Source: Octopus sinensis (Eukaryota). Taken from it: a stretch of 64,000 nucleotides of DNA. How positions within the stretch are numbered: the first letter of the stretch is position 1; every line of letters begins with the position of its first letter. This document shows positions 1 through 13,881 of this stretch, piece by piece. Below the pieces are notes generated by a model. The model saw only the letters and a program-made list of their open reading frames with translations, was not told where the DNA came from and did not search any database. The stretch covers positions 78,368,001 through 78,432,000 of the forward strand of contig NC_043006.1 of the NCBI RefSeq assembly GCF_006345805.1, in the 5' to 3' direction. A program made the position numbers and the translations under genes.

Positions 1-196
1 TATTTGACACATTGATTTATATTCTGACGCTTTGTTGACGCATGGCACGTCAATAGTGCATTTTGCTTTTATATGTCTCTGCAATGGACCGTTGAAAATC
101 GAGCCAGGCTTTTCATTCAAGGCATATCAAGGATAACTATTAGTTATGCAACGTCTGGTATATATATATATATTCATGTGTATATATACATATACA

Positions 197-236
<40 letters not shown>

Positions 237-1296
237 CAAGGGTTGGACAAAATGATGGCAACACCTAGCATCATAGCATCATAATTTTGAAGTATCTATA
301 AAACAATCAAGAACATGTTCATTTCTATGTTTTTTTTATTTATTATTAGTGTTGCTTAATATGCTTTGCTAAAATTGCTATTTCTTTTCACATATCATCT
401 GAAAAAGGTATTAAAATTCATTAAAATGACAGAACTATCGGACTTTCAAAGAGGTTAAATTATTGGTGCTTGTATGGTAGGCGTTAGAGTAAAGAAAACA
501 ACCGAAATGTTTGGTGTCTCAAGATGTACTGTCTCGGAAGTAATGACAGCCTGTGAGAAATAGGGAAAAACTTCCTCGTCGAAAGAAAACTCCGGAAGAA
601 AACCAAAAACTTTCAGATAGGGACCGTCGGACTCTTACGCGAATTGTTAGAAAAGATCACAAAATTACAGCTCCCGAAATTACTGCAGAGCTTAATAACC
701 ACCTCGAGAACCCAGTTTCCACAAAAACTCTTCGCCGTGAGCTGCACGAAGCCGAATTTCACGGGAGAGCTGCAATCAGAAAAGCACTACTTTCAAAATC
801 AAACGTTGCAAAGCGTTTAGAGTGGAGTAAAAACCTTCAAAATTTGTCCCTAGAGTTGTGGAAGAATGTTATTACTCGGACGAGTCATTCTTTACCTTAT
901 TTCCGACCACTGGCCGAGTGTACGTGTGGAGACATCCAAAAGAAGCATTTAACCCAGACTGCCTTCTTCCAAATGCGTGAAAAACATGGAGGAGGATCTG
1001 TGATGAACTGGGGTGGATGCTATATCTTGCAAATCCGCCAGACCAATGTTTCCCGTTATGGCTGAATTGATAGTCAATACGATTTAAGCATTTTATGTGA
1101 TCAAATTTATCCTATGATTGCAGAACGGATTCCAGGGGAAAATGCAATCATTCAGGATGATAATGCACCAATTCAGACAGCTAAAATTGTTACTGAATGG
1201 CACGAGCAACATTCTAGTGAAGTTGAACATCTTATCTGGCCACCACAGTCCCCAGATCTCATTATTATTGAACATTTATGGTGCATTTTAGATAGG
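237..1296 (+). mobile_element. Tc1-like (DD34E) transposon, degenerate and 3'-truncated
   Basis: TA followed by TIR-like CAAGGGTTGGACAAAATG. ATG at 426, MTELSDFQRG...; motifs KHGGGSVMxWG, QDDNAP, WPPQSPDLxxIEHLW across frameshifts. Confidence 0.9.
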
Positions 1297-1751
1297 TGAG
1301 TAGTCAATTGCGTTACTGAAAGTCATCAATACTTATTAGTGTGAGTCTGGTGAGTCAGTTTAGGGGTAGATATAGTCAAAATATATGAAGGGTTTCTTCT
1401 GAAGATTGCGGCATTACATAATGAATTCGCTACGTATAGGCACAAGGAATTTGAACTCAGTAAGTAGCGACGGGCGAAATACCGCTAATCATTTCCTCAA
1501 GCGTGTTTTAGCCTTCAAATGACACCAACCCCGCTGGCTAACCGAGCAGGCCAACAAATGAAAGAGTGAGAAAGTTGTGGCGAAAGAGTACAGCAGGGAT
1601 CGTCACCACCCCCTGCCGGAGATCGTGGCGCTTTAGGTGTTTTCGCTCAATAAACACTCACAGCGCCCGGTCTGGGAATCGAAACCGTGATCCTACGAGC
1701 GCGAGTCCGCTGCCCTAACCACTGGCCTACTGCGCCTCCATACACACACAG

Positions 1752-1813
<62 letters not shown>

Positions 1814-2818
1814 ACATACATATACATATGCATACATACATACATATATATACATACATACATACATACATACATACATACATACATACATACATACATA
1901 CATACATACATACATAACATACATATATGTATGTATGTATGTATGTATGTATATGAATGTAAGGACTCAATGTGGTCAAGGCTGCGTGGCGTTTGATTAT
2001 AAAGAAATAAAAAAAATACACATTGTGTACAGGACAAAATACCAAAAGATGATAACTCCTCATCAGTTGTCGGACTGATTATTACTCCTATTTCGTGCTT
2101 TTAACAAGACAGGAAAACTTCATAAGACAGCAGTATCCAGGAATTTATAAAATATAAAATTCATAAAGGGTTAGGGCTTCGAACGAAAAAACAACGACAG
2201 TTTGGACGTACAGAGTAAACAATCAACGAAGGCAAATATTAAGGGCCGTTAGGCCAAGTCGAATTGTAATGGATAACGCCTGGGAGAAATTTTTTCAACG
2301 AAATAGAGTAATTAGAAGCGAAGAGAGTAGTGATATAGAATAATTAAAAGAGAAGAAAATAGTAGTTGATTATTTACTCTGTACGTCCACTCTGTCATTG
2401 TTTGTACGCTCGAAGCCTTGACTCTCCATGAATTTTATATTTTTAAAATTTCTGGATGCTGCTATCTTATGAAGTTTTCGTATATTGTCGTTAAAAGCAC
2501 GAAACAGGAGTATTAAACAGTCGGTTATAAGAATTGAAAAACTTCGAGAGATGTGAAGTAAATTACATTTCGTGGCGGAAGTCGAAAATAAATAATGGCG
2601 TGTAGAACATTGGGATAATCACATTTTGGACAGAAAAGGTTAAATGTTTTGGTAACATGACAGTCGTTCGATTATTTATGGCTTTATCTTCGAATTCCAT
2701 AGTTGAAAACATTTAATATATATCTCTGAAAAATTACTGAATTCTTGTTGTGGGAGAAAGCGCTAATGATCTAAGTTATATGATATATATAAAAAATGTA
2801 ATATACAAATAAATATCT

Positions 2819-2918
2819 NNNNNNNNNNNNNNNNNNNNNNNNNNNNNNNNNNNNNNNNNNNNNNNNNNNNNNNNNNNNNNNNNNNNNNNNNNNNNNNNNN
2901 NNNNNNNNNNNNNNNNNN
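2819..2918. other. Assembly gap (100 N)
   Basis: Run of N; exactly 100 suggests a placeholder of unknown size. Confidence 0.99.
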
Positions 2919-3025
2919 TAACCATTTTGTCCAGCGTCCTAACGATTCTGCCATCTACCCGCCTTACTTAAACTCGTAATAATAAATTTAGCGCAAGATT
3001 CATTAATAGAAATTGATTCAATAGC

Positions 3026-3069
<44 letters not shown>

Positions 3070-3337
3070 ACATTCATATATGTGTGGGTGGAGTACATAA
3101 CTATATATATACATACATGCATGCATGCATTCATACATACATATATCATATACATATATAAATACATATATATATATATATATGCATATGTATGTACACA
3201 CACATACACACACACCACACACACACACACACATATATATATATACATATATATATACATATATATATATATATGTATGTACATATATATGTATATGTAT
3301 GTATTTATATATATATATATATATGTATGTATATATA

Positions 3338-3418
<81 letters not shown>

Positions 3419-3717
3419 AGTTGTGTGTATGTATATATTATATATATAATATATATATATATATGTATGTATATATATAATATGCTCCCTTTGAAAGCCT
3501 AGTCAGGCTCATGAGCCCGATTTCCCGGTTTCAATGGCGTATGTCTTCCCCAGCTGGACGGGACGCCAGTCCATCGCAGCGTAACTCATTTTTGCCAGCT
3601 GAGTTGACTGAAGCAACGTGAAATGAAGTGTTTTGCTCAAGAACACAACGCGTCGCCCCGTCCAGCCCATGCTCTCACACACATCAATAAATACAAAACC
3701 AATACACATAGACGTGT

Positions 3718-3769
<52 letters not shown>

Positions 3770-4531
3770 ATGCACACTCACCACGCACACATTAACATAC
3801 ACATAGGCATATTTACTAACACACATGCGTACCGAACCAAAGAAAATTATCTCAAGGCATTTCATTAGATGGTCTGACATTCCACTAGTTCACTGCCCCG
3901 GCCGGTCTGGTACCTTACTTATGAACACCGGAAGGACGAAAGCTAGGTTGATCTGGGTGGGATTCGAATTTGGAGTGCAGGAATAAATACTGAAAGGCAT
4001 TCTTGCATATATTATAAGTTCATATTATAAATAATGTATAAAGAATGTGATCTTTGTATAACTCCCATTCTTCCAGTTTCCTATTCTTATATTTTTGTCT
4101 CTCCTTGTCTCTCTCACCTTCACGCGAACTGGGACCAATACTCCATTGTTTATATGTATCCTACTTTATCTCTTCTTCTCCCTTCCCCACTTCCTCTCTC
4201 CTTCTCTCTCTCTCTCTTTATCTATCTATCTATCTATTTTTCGCAATATCGAGAAAAATAAAAAAAGATAAATAAGGGGAATAACACGTGATAGAGAAAA
4301 ATGCATGGCATGATGGCACGTAAAGTGGTTCGGAAAAAGGAAGAGGGATGGTTATTGAAATCAACCTAAGTAGAAAATACATCCTTAAATGAAGTGATTC
4401 TCACTCCAGCCCTCCGTTTCTCTTACTTGCTTTAACACATGTTTTCCGACACTTCACATCCTATTCCGTTACTCAACATAAATGCTAAATAAGAATATGA
4501 TATATATTGAATACAACGCGTCTCCCGGTCC

Positions 4532-4871
4532 AGGAAGGTTCATCATTAAGTACCAGGGTTGTTGCCATAGAAACGAAGTTAACGCACGTAGAGTGAAGCC
4601 GCTTGCCAAAGATTAACCTTGAACTCTGCTGTGCATGCACACTAAGTTTCAACGTTCTAACTCACTTCCGCTGTTTATAGCCGTGCTTGGAAGGAAGGTG
4701 TGTAGTGTGTAATCGTCGAAGTTGACCATGACAGTGAAAATTGACGTGGCTATACCTGCTCAGAGGCCAACGCAAAGTAGCAGAAAGTGTATGGAGAGGA
4801 GTGTATGAGCCGCACACAAGTGTATGAGTAATCCAGACATTTCCAAGATGGCCGAAAAAATGTCGATATTG
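4532..4871 (+). mobile_element. mariner 5' fragment (same family as 60328-61228)
   Basis: Aligns by eye to the arms of the 60328-61228 element, including the same internal deletion as its right arm. Confidence 0.75.
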
Positions 4872-5348
4872 TGTGTGTGTTGAGCACGCGCGCGAGTGTC
4901 TGTGCTTCAGTGTTTGTGCCTTTGTGTCTGTGCTTGGCCCCACCCCCACTGCTTAACAACCGGTGCTGAAGTGTTTAAGTCTCAATAACTTAGTAGTTCG
5001 CCAAAAGAGAATGATAGAATGAGTACCAGGCTTCAAAAAAGGAATAAATACTAGGACCGATTCATTCGACTAAAAGAAAAGCAGTTCACGATGGTGCCCC
5101 AGCATTGGCGCAGTCTAATGATTGAAACAAGTAAAAGAAATGGAGTATAAATTTTAAACCTCTTTAAGAAATGAGAGAAAGATAAGAAGCTGCACGTTGA
5201 TATGAAATCGAAACGGTTATACACTCGTACGAACACTCGGCAAACAGGCTGAGACGGGGAACACCGGTTCTATATTAGAAACGAATTTGGTCCCTTACAC
5301 CTCGTCCACCAAGCTTCATCTAAGGCAGCAGTTCTCAACAAGGATCTA

Positions 5349-5542
5349 CCGTATTTTCACTTGCATAAGGAACCCTTTTTTGTCAAGAATTAGGTTAGAA
5401 AAATATGAGTTTCTTATACATAGATAGTATATAATATTATCCCTTACAATAATCCCTAACACAACCTTTTTTCCAAATTTTAAGCCCCCAAAACTAGGGG
5501 GTTTCTTATACACGTGGGTTCCTTATACACATTAAAATACAG
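5349..5542. mobile_element. pogo/Tc-type MITE
   Basis: TA-CCGTATTTT at the left end and AAAATACAG-TA at the right end: imperfect TIRs with TA target duplication. Confidence 0.55.
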
Positions 5543-7574
5543 TATATGACCCTCCATGGCCCATGTAATATCCTCTTGCTATGTGCAATAAAGTGGTTAT
5601 ACTTCTTTAATACTCGAAATATTTTTACAATTTGTTTATGCAATTTCTAATTATATATATTAATAAAAAAATATAGGATGGTTTTTTAAAGCATCGAATG
5701 GCAAGGAGGGTCCATCCAACTAAAATGGGAGACAAAATTTGAACCATGTGACTTTTCTCTCTTCCCTTTCCTTTACTATCCCTATTTTCGCGTCACTCCT
5801 ACTTTATCACCCATCACAAGTTCCAACTTAGCGTAACCATGACCTGGTTTGCGTTTGTATGTACTTGTTTTATGTGTAATTGTCTATGTGAATACGTATG
5901 CGTGAGTGGATGTACATGAGTGTGTCTTTGAGAGTGTGCGAGTGAGTGTGCATGTGCGTTCGTGTGTGTGTGTGTGAGTGTGTGTGTGTGTGTACGTGTG
6001 TGTGTATGAGTGTGTCTGTGTGTAACTGTGTATGTGCTTGTCTCTCTCTGTGCGCATTTGCGTGTTCGCACGCAGAGCGATTGAGAGTGGAGGCGCTTGG
6101 CTTGGTAGTTAAGGTGTTGCATTCATGATCGTAAGATTGTAGTTTCGATTCCTGGACCGGGAGACGCGTTGTGTTTTTGAGCAAAACACTTCATTTCACG
6201 TAACTCCTGTTCATTCAGCCGGCAAAAATGAGTAATCCTGCGACGGGCCGGCGTCCCGTCCAGGTGGAGAATATATATGCCATGAAACCGAGAAATCTCT
6301 CCTTATGTGACGGTATGACTCGAGAAAGTAACTTTACTTTTTACTTTACTAACGCAGCGTTTGAGATCTTGGGTTCATCCTAATGCGTGGGTCTTAGAAT
6401 AGTGTCCATTATAGACTTCGGGTCCATTCACAACCTCTGTGTGTAAGTAATTAGACAGAAACTGTGTGGAATCTAATCGGTTGGACAGTAAAATTAATTC
6501 AATGAACTAATCATTATAACCAGTTTTCTTTATAAGCTGTGCGCTTGAGCGACCGCACATAAGTATAATTACGACACGCTCCTATCACTTTCTGCATACT
6601 AAATCCATTCGCAAGGCTATTTATTGTCAGCGCGAGGCTATAGAAGACACTTGATTAAGGTGCCACGCAGAGGGGCTAAACCCGGAACCACGTGCTCTAG
6701 TGTTCAAAGATTTGCACAAACGATCGTTAGACCATGGTTTCAATTCCCGGGCGTTTCATTGCGTTCTTAAGCAATACATTGTTTGTTCCTTCTCGAGCTA
6801 CGCCTGGCTCATAAGGGCCGGTTTCCCGGTTCCCTTGGCATATAGGTTCGCCACCTGGACGGGACGCCGGTCCATCGTAGTTGAGCTGCAAGATGCAGGA
6901 GGAAAGAGTGAGAGAATGCTGTATCGAAAGTGTCAGTAGAAGTTCGCCATTACCTTCTACCGGAGCAGCGTGGAGGTTAGGTGTTTCGCTTATAAACACA
7001 CACATCGCCCGGTCTGAGATTCGAACCCGCGATCCCTCGACCGCGAGTCCGCTGCTCTAACCACTAGGCCATGTGCCTCCACTTAAGCAATACATAACTG
7101 TTGTAAATGAGTAACCGTGTAAAGGACCTACATCAAGTTCAGGGGTAATGGCATGATCTTGATCGTTAATACGTCATGGAAACCAAGCAACCGGGTTAAT
7201 TAATCCCAAGGCTCAAGATTGAAGTCCACTACAATAATTTTAAGGGGAAATCGAGTCTTTTTTTAAGATGAAGAAATTTCAGCGATGGCTGCTTGATTAG
7301 GGTAGTGTACATCATTCACAAAAATGATAAAAATTTCATGCACTGATAATTTTTGTGCACAACTACAGTTAAAGGTTAGAAGGAATATTGCTGATTTCAT
7401 ATACTGCGTCATGCTTATTGTGCCTGAAGATTATGTTCAGGTTACGTGTGTCTGTTGCTTACTCATCCAGTTACACTGCATTTCAATGATTGCAGTTGAT
7501 AGAACTATTGAAAGAACTCACCGCCGAAATCAGCAGAAATACAATACGCCATATGTATACAGCAAAAACACACC

Positions 7575-7600
<26 letters not shown>

Positions 7601-7605
<5 letters not shown>

Positions 7606-8844
7606 CATCCACTCTCGCCTTAACATTTTTGCTGAACGCCCAAGGCATCAGGCCTTCCACCAATACTCAAAAAGGGAGGATAAAATTCCTGGAGGACTGG
7701 GTTGATGCCCATCCAAACCACATCCCTTTCTTCCTCCGCACTGAAACCCATCTTAGTAACCTCCACTTGGAGGCGAGGTGAAAGTTAAAAATTTCAAAGC
7801 CATTCGTGCTGATCGTGCTGGCAGAAGAAAGGGTGGGACTGCCATTTATGTTCATGATTCATTCTCAACAGAGGCTATGAACATATTTTACAATGGATAC
7901 TGTGAAGCAGTCACTGTATTCAGTTGAACCAACAACTTAATAATAGATGGGCTCTACAGACCACCCCAACCACCCCTAGCATGCTTCAAGGAATGCCTCA
8001 ACAACATAAAGTGTTTCATCCGGCAGTGTCAACCTGACAACATCTTAATAATGGGGGACTTCAACCTCCCTGGTGTTGACTGGTCTGCAAACAGTCTACC
8101 GCCAGGTTCTTCTGTCTCAACCCCTGACAGGGAGGCAGTGGAATCGCTTCTTGACTTCATGGATGATTTTTTCTTGTCCCAACTGGTGCTCGAACCAACG
8201 AGATGTCACAAAAATGTCCTAGACTTAATTTTCAGCAATCACACTGACACTATCTACAATATTGAAGTGGAGAAAACTCTACTCTCTGATCAAGACATGG
8301 TTCTCTGTGATCTGAGATTTCACAGGCCAAAATGCAAAACAAACGTTATCCCTTTTGTCCATCCATTTGACACTATTGATTTCCACAACGCAAACTGGAA
8401 AGCGATCAGTCATGATCTTGCATATGTCGATTGGTCCTTCACGCACACACACATACACTAACATCAAAAATCCTGTCAGTCATTTGTAGACACCATTACG
8501 AACATATGTGCAAAACATACCCCATTAAAAATTTGTAAACAAATCTAAGTGCAAAACCCATAGAAATAGAAAAACACTCATCAGGAAAATTAAAAGAACA
8601 AAAAAAAATCGACAAACTGAAATACTGTCAACAGCAACACACCAACCTAACTGCTATCACATCACTAGAGATTAAAAAACATAACCTCCAAAACAACATG
8701 ATGTCTATCAGAGAAGAGCCGAAAGTCCTGGGCCATTGAGAACATCATACTTAATCCCAAAGTGGGTTTTTTTTCATTTGCAAAAAAAAAAAAAATAAAA
8801 TAAAAGCCACTGGCTCTACTGTTGGCCCTATGATTGATGAAAAT
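7601..8844 (+). mobile_element. CR1/L2-group LINE, ORF2 5' part (AP endonuclease), 3'-truncated
   Basis: GGTAIYV, YRPP, MGDFNLP and LDLIF..SDxD endonuclease motifs with frameshifts; about 90% protein identity to 41200-42186. Confidence 0.85.
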
Positions 8845-9202
8845 ATATATATATATGTTGTAATTTTTACTTTTTTACTTTCACTTCATTTAGGTCAGTG
8901 TGTGTATGCGGGGGGGTAAGTGCACGTGTATGTATAGGCGCAAACATAAATATTACATATGCTTAAATAGAGAGGCACTACTTCTCTGAAGTGGATATCA
9001 TGTCAAAATCGGGAACTACAATTAGTATAAAAGCATCATTTATTGTATATATGAGTAAATGGTTCATAGCCCTTCAAAGAGACAGGATGACAATAGAGAG
9101 AATGAAGAAACAAGAAGCCTTGAGTTCTGATTCTAGGCACACAATCATACATTCATACTTACGTAAATACATACGTACATACATACAGACAGTCGGACGG
9201 TG

Positions 9203-9336
<134 letters not shown>

Positions 9337-9410
9337 TTCCAATTCCCAAAAGGAGTGGTGCTTTTCAGTTCCCAGACGGGTGGTGTTCTTGAACAAAGCA
9401 GATCATTTAC

Positions 9411-9464
9411 CGTTGACACAGTCCACTGAGCTGAAAATTAATAAAAAAAATATCATGGCCAGAC
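9411..9464 (-). CDS. Candidate hydrophobic (signal-peptide or TM) exon
   Basis: Acceptor CCTTTCAG| then (G)LAMIFFLLIFSSVDCVN, donor G|GTAAAT. GCCATG context at 9456-9454; 54 nt, phase 1-1. Confidence 0.45.
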
Positions 9465-9548
9465 CTGAAAGGAACTGTTGTCCCGTTCTGCAGGAGATGT
9501 TACTACCTCGATCCTAACACGCTATGTGTGCGTATGCGTGTATATATG

Positions 9549-9624
<76 letters not shown>

Positions 9625-11014
9625 TATATATATACACATATATATATATATATATTATATATATTATATACATATATATATATACAACTAATGTAGGATA
9701 ATTTTTTTTTTTCGAAAAAAAATGTTATCAATGGCCAGCATATCAAAAAATACCTTTAAAGGTTAAATTTATAAATAACTTATAAAATAAATAACTTATA
9801 AAATAAGGGCAAAAGAAAAATTCTAGTGTCAATATGCCGAAAAAAAAACAAAATTGTCAATAACCATTATAATTTATGCGTAAATTATAATGGTTATTGA
9901 CAATTTTTTCTTTTTTTCGGCACATTGGCATTAGTATTCTATATATATATATAAATATACATGCATACTTACAAACATACATACGTACATACATATATAT
10001 GCTTGCATGCATACAATCATAGGTACATATATACTTATATACCTAAATACATATGCAGATGTGTGCATGCATGTATTATGTAATATATGTATATACGTAT
10101 ATAAACTCATAGGTATAAGAGACAGACTGACAGATGGAGAGAGGGAGAGAGAGTGAGAGAGAGAGAGAGAACTTGTAGGAGAGTTTTATTGAAGCTAAAA
10201 TTCCCCACAAAATAATTTTGGGAGTTTCACGCAACCGATCGTCAGACGGAAGATAAATGTCAGCAGTTCACCCCTTCCGATGATCGGTTACCTGAGACCC
10301 TGAGTGATACCTCGTAAAGTTTTCATTCAGCTTCAAAAAAAAAGTTTTTATTTAAAGTATCCTTAGTATTCCAGTGCTATTTTCTCCACCTTGTTTTGTA
10401 CCTATATCTTCAGTGTGTGTGTGTTTGTGTGAATGGGTGTATAACGCGCACACAAATGTACAGACCCGCATAAAGACACACTCACAAACACATACATGCA
10501 TATGTACTATATTTAAGTGTGTGAGTGTGTGTGCGTACATGTGTTTGTGTGTGCGTACATGTGTGTGTGTGTGCGTACATGTGTGTGTGTGTGTGTTTGC
10601 AAACGCAAATGAAGGGGCAAAGAGCCGAATGAATTATGAAATTTTGGTTACTCAAATCGATGTTCCCTACGTTGTTAATCAGCGTTTCGGAGTTGGGTCG
10701 TTCATTTAGGCAGCGTGTATTGTTGCACGTAGTAAATTCTAGAATAAACGGGATAAAATTTGTGTTGTTTAGTTTTCGTTGGTTAGCTTTAATCAAATAT
10801 TAATTGTGAGCACCTTCGAGCATGATAGATGTGGGATTATTTCTGTAGCAATGTTCAGTCTGTGCCGTGTCTAGAAGAGGTCTGAAATACTAGGTGGCAG
10901 TTAGGAAATCGGTGGGATATTGTATAAAGAATAATTACTACTGTGTGATGTTTTAGTCAATGATGTGTGCGGGACGTGATAAGGTTGTTATCTGATAATT
11001 GTTTTCATATATCT

Positions 11015-11420
11015 GCAGGAGTGGCTGTGTGGTAAGTAGCTTGGTTACCAACCACATGGTTCCGGGTTCAGTCCCACTGCGTGGCACTTCGGGCAAGTGT
11101 CTTCTACTATAGCCTTGGGCCGACCAAAACCTTGTGAGTGGATTTGGTAGACGGAAACTGAAAGAAGCCCGTCGTATAAATGTATATATATGTACGTGTG
11201 TGTATATGTTTATGTGTTTGTGTTTGTCCCCCCCAACATCGCTTGACAACCGATGGTGGCGTGTTTACCTCCCCGTAACTTAGCGGTTCGGTAAAAGAGA
11301 CCGATAGAATAAGTACCATGCTTACAAAGAATAAGTTCTGGGGTCGATTTGCTCGACTAAAGGCGGTGCTCCAGCATGGCCGCAGTCAAATGACTGAAAC
11401 AAGTGAACGAGTAAACGAGA
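11015..11420 (+). mobile_element. SINE family A (tRNA head, CORE-like CCTTGGGCAAGTG domain, internal (TA)/(TG) tract, GTAAAAGA tail)
   Basis: Other + copies: 4905-5138, 17771-18208, 24655-25015, 29671-30120, 55677-56072, 59217-59633, 62042-62527. Confidence 0.9.
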
Positions 11421-12114
11421 GAAACGAGTATGTGAACAACAACTCAAACCTATTGTTCTATAAACTAAAACAGTACCAAGAAGTTATATTTTTCTTCGAA
11501 ATATAAGCTGCACCTCTTTCACCCATTCGAATATCATTTTGCAGTTTCGATGATACTTCAGCTAACATTTAGTTCTAACGGTATTAAATGAACGTGTCTA
11601 GAAATCCGGTTTGAAAAGTATCTTATATTAATCCTAAGTAGTTAGGATTGACGGAGGATGCGTTTGTTATTTTTGCTTTATAGAGAAGTTACATTATGGG
11701 ATACTTATTCTAAATTAAGTGTTGCTGTGTTGCAGAAATTACTTTTGGCGGATGTGAAGAGTATTTGTATGACATTGACAGTGCTTACATATCCGTATAT
11801 CAGATGTGCTATGTGCTGGCAACAGTAATTGCATATACGTATATGATATGTTCTGGCCACAGTGACTGCATATATGTATATGAGACGTGCTGGCATGCAC
11901 ATGACATGCTGGCTGGTGTGGTCCATTGGACAGGTATGCCTCCACAAATCTATTTATTATCTACTTGCCAATGTGGCACGTCTCACATAACGAGAAGCTA
12001 GGAATAGCAACGATGTGAATCATTATGATTGAACATATATATGTTTGTGTGTGTGTGTGAATGTATGTGCATGAGTGTGTAGATAGATAGATAGATAGAT
12101 AGAGAGATAAATAA

Positions 12115-12170
<56 letters not shown>

Positions 12171-12194
12171 GGAGAAAGAAGGAGAGAAAGGTTG

Positions 12195-12265
<71 letters not shown>

Positions 12266-12481
12266 TCGACAGACTATGCTCGGATGCACATGTATATAAT
12301 TAAGTATCTGTCAACGTGTAGGTGAACGTTTGGATTGTAGTGTACGTACGTATTAGCATGTATGTATATGTCTATATATAATTATGAGTGTGTGTGTGTA
12401 TGTATGTATCTATGTGTGTATATGAATATATTCATATATGTGTGTGAGCGAGAGAGAGAGAGGGGGAGAGAGAGTGCGTTT

Positions 12482-12547
<66 letters not shown>

Positions 12548-13307
12548 GATACACGAATATATGCTAGTTCGCATGCGCATTAATACACATTAGAAGAATG
12601 AAAAATGCAATCTTTGATACAGTTGGTATTCGGCAACTAATGACTAACGCACACTCGACATACACATTGATACACCTACATACACACTCACATACATACA
12701 CTCACACACATATAGAAACAGCAAAAATACAATCAATCGTTGACATACACAAAAAAACATAACAGTACAGTAGAAAATAAAGACATTGTCGATTATGCCT
12801 ATCCTTCTAAATATCTTCTAAGGTGTATTATCTTCTATAGTTATGTCTAATAGTTATGTTCATTCTTTACACCTACGCAAACTATTAATACATTGAGGGA
12901 AATGTAAATAAATAAAGACAGGCGTAAATTAACATAAAACTTTCCTGGCGGAATGATATTCATTACCCGTAAGACGTCCGTCAATCGTCATTATATATTT
13001 AGCGTGTTATTCACCATCCTGTAAGGAATGGAGTGTAGCTACGTACGTACCCACACATACAGACACACACACACACACAAAACACACCACATACACATAC
13101 ACATACACACATATATACAAGCATATACGTAAGCATATATATGTTTATATATATGTATATATATATATATATACATAAACCATACACAAATATACACACA
13201 CATACATACACACACGTGTGTGTGTGTGTGTTTGTGTATATATATATGCGCACGAAAATACAGAAATACACACAAATATATGCATATGTGTGTATGTACA
13301 TATCACC

Positions 13308-13597
13308 GTAACCGTATCACCTTAACCGACCAGGCTAACAGATGTTGCTACACATCGCTGGTCACAATGCGCTTCGCATTGTGTTAGCCTTCAAATGATG
13401 CCACTCCGCTGGCTAAGCGAGCAGGCCAACAGAAGAAAGAGTGAGAGAAAGTTGCGGCGAAAGAGTACAGCAAGGAACGCCACCACCCCTTGCCGACAGG
13501 AGCTTTAGGTGTTTTCGCTCAATAAACACTCACAACGCCTGATCTGGGAATCGAAACCGCGAGTCCGCCGCCCTAACCACTGGGCCATTGCGCCTCC
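13308..13597 (-). mobile_element. SINE family C (tRNA-Arg-like GGAGGCGCAATGGCCCAGTGG head)
   Basis: A box TGGCCCAGTGG and B box GGTTTCGATTCC. The head is also at 1505-1739, 6790-7081, 24245-24402, 27705-28203 and 51103-51474, all on -. Confidence 0.88.
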
Positions 13598-13599
13598 AC

Positions 13600-13630
<31 letters not shown>

Positions 13631-13633
<3 letters not shown>

Positions 13634-13849
13634 TCTTTTACTCTTTTACTTGTTTCAGTCATTTGACTGCGGCCATGCTGGAGCACCGCCTTTAGTCGGG
13701 CAACTCGACCCCAGGACTTATTCTTTGTAAGCCCAGCACTTATTCTATCGGTCTCTTTTGCCGAACCGCTAAGTGACAGGGACATAAACACACCAGTTGT
13801 CAAGCAATGCTAGGGGGACAAACACAGACACACATACACACACGCATAC

Positions 13850-13881
<32 letters not shown>

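Noticed and set aside
7520-7575. Strong GTGAGT donor after MVCFCCIHMAYCISADFG
   Set aside because: No acceptor was found upstream; it begins in a (TA)n tract.
10600-10739. Phase-1 acceptor followed by EFTTCNNTRCLNERPNSETL
   Set aside because: Cys spacing is not EGF-like, there is no convincing donor, and the frame runs into a (CA)n repeat.
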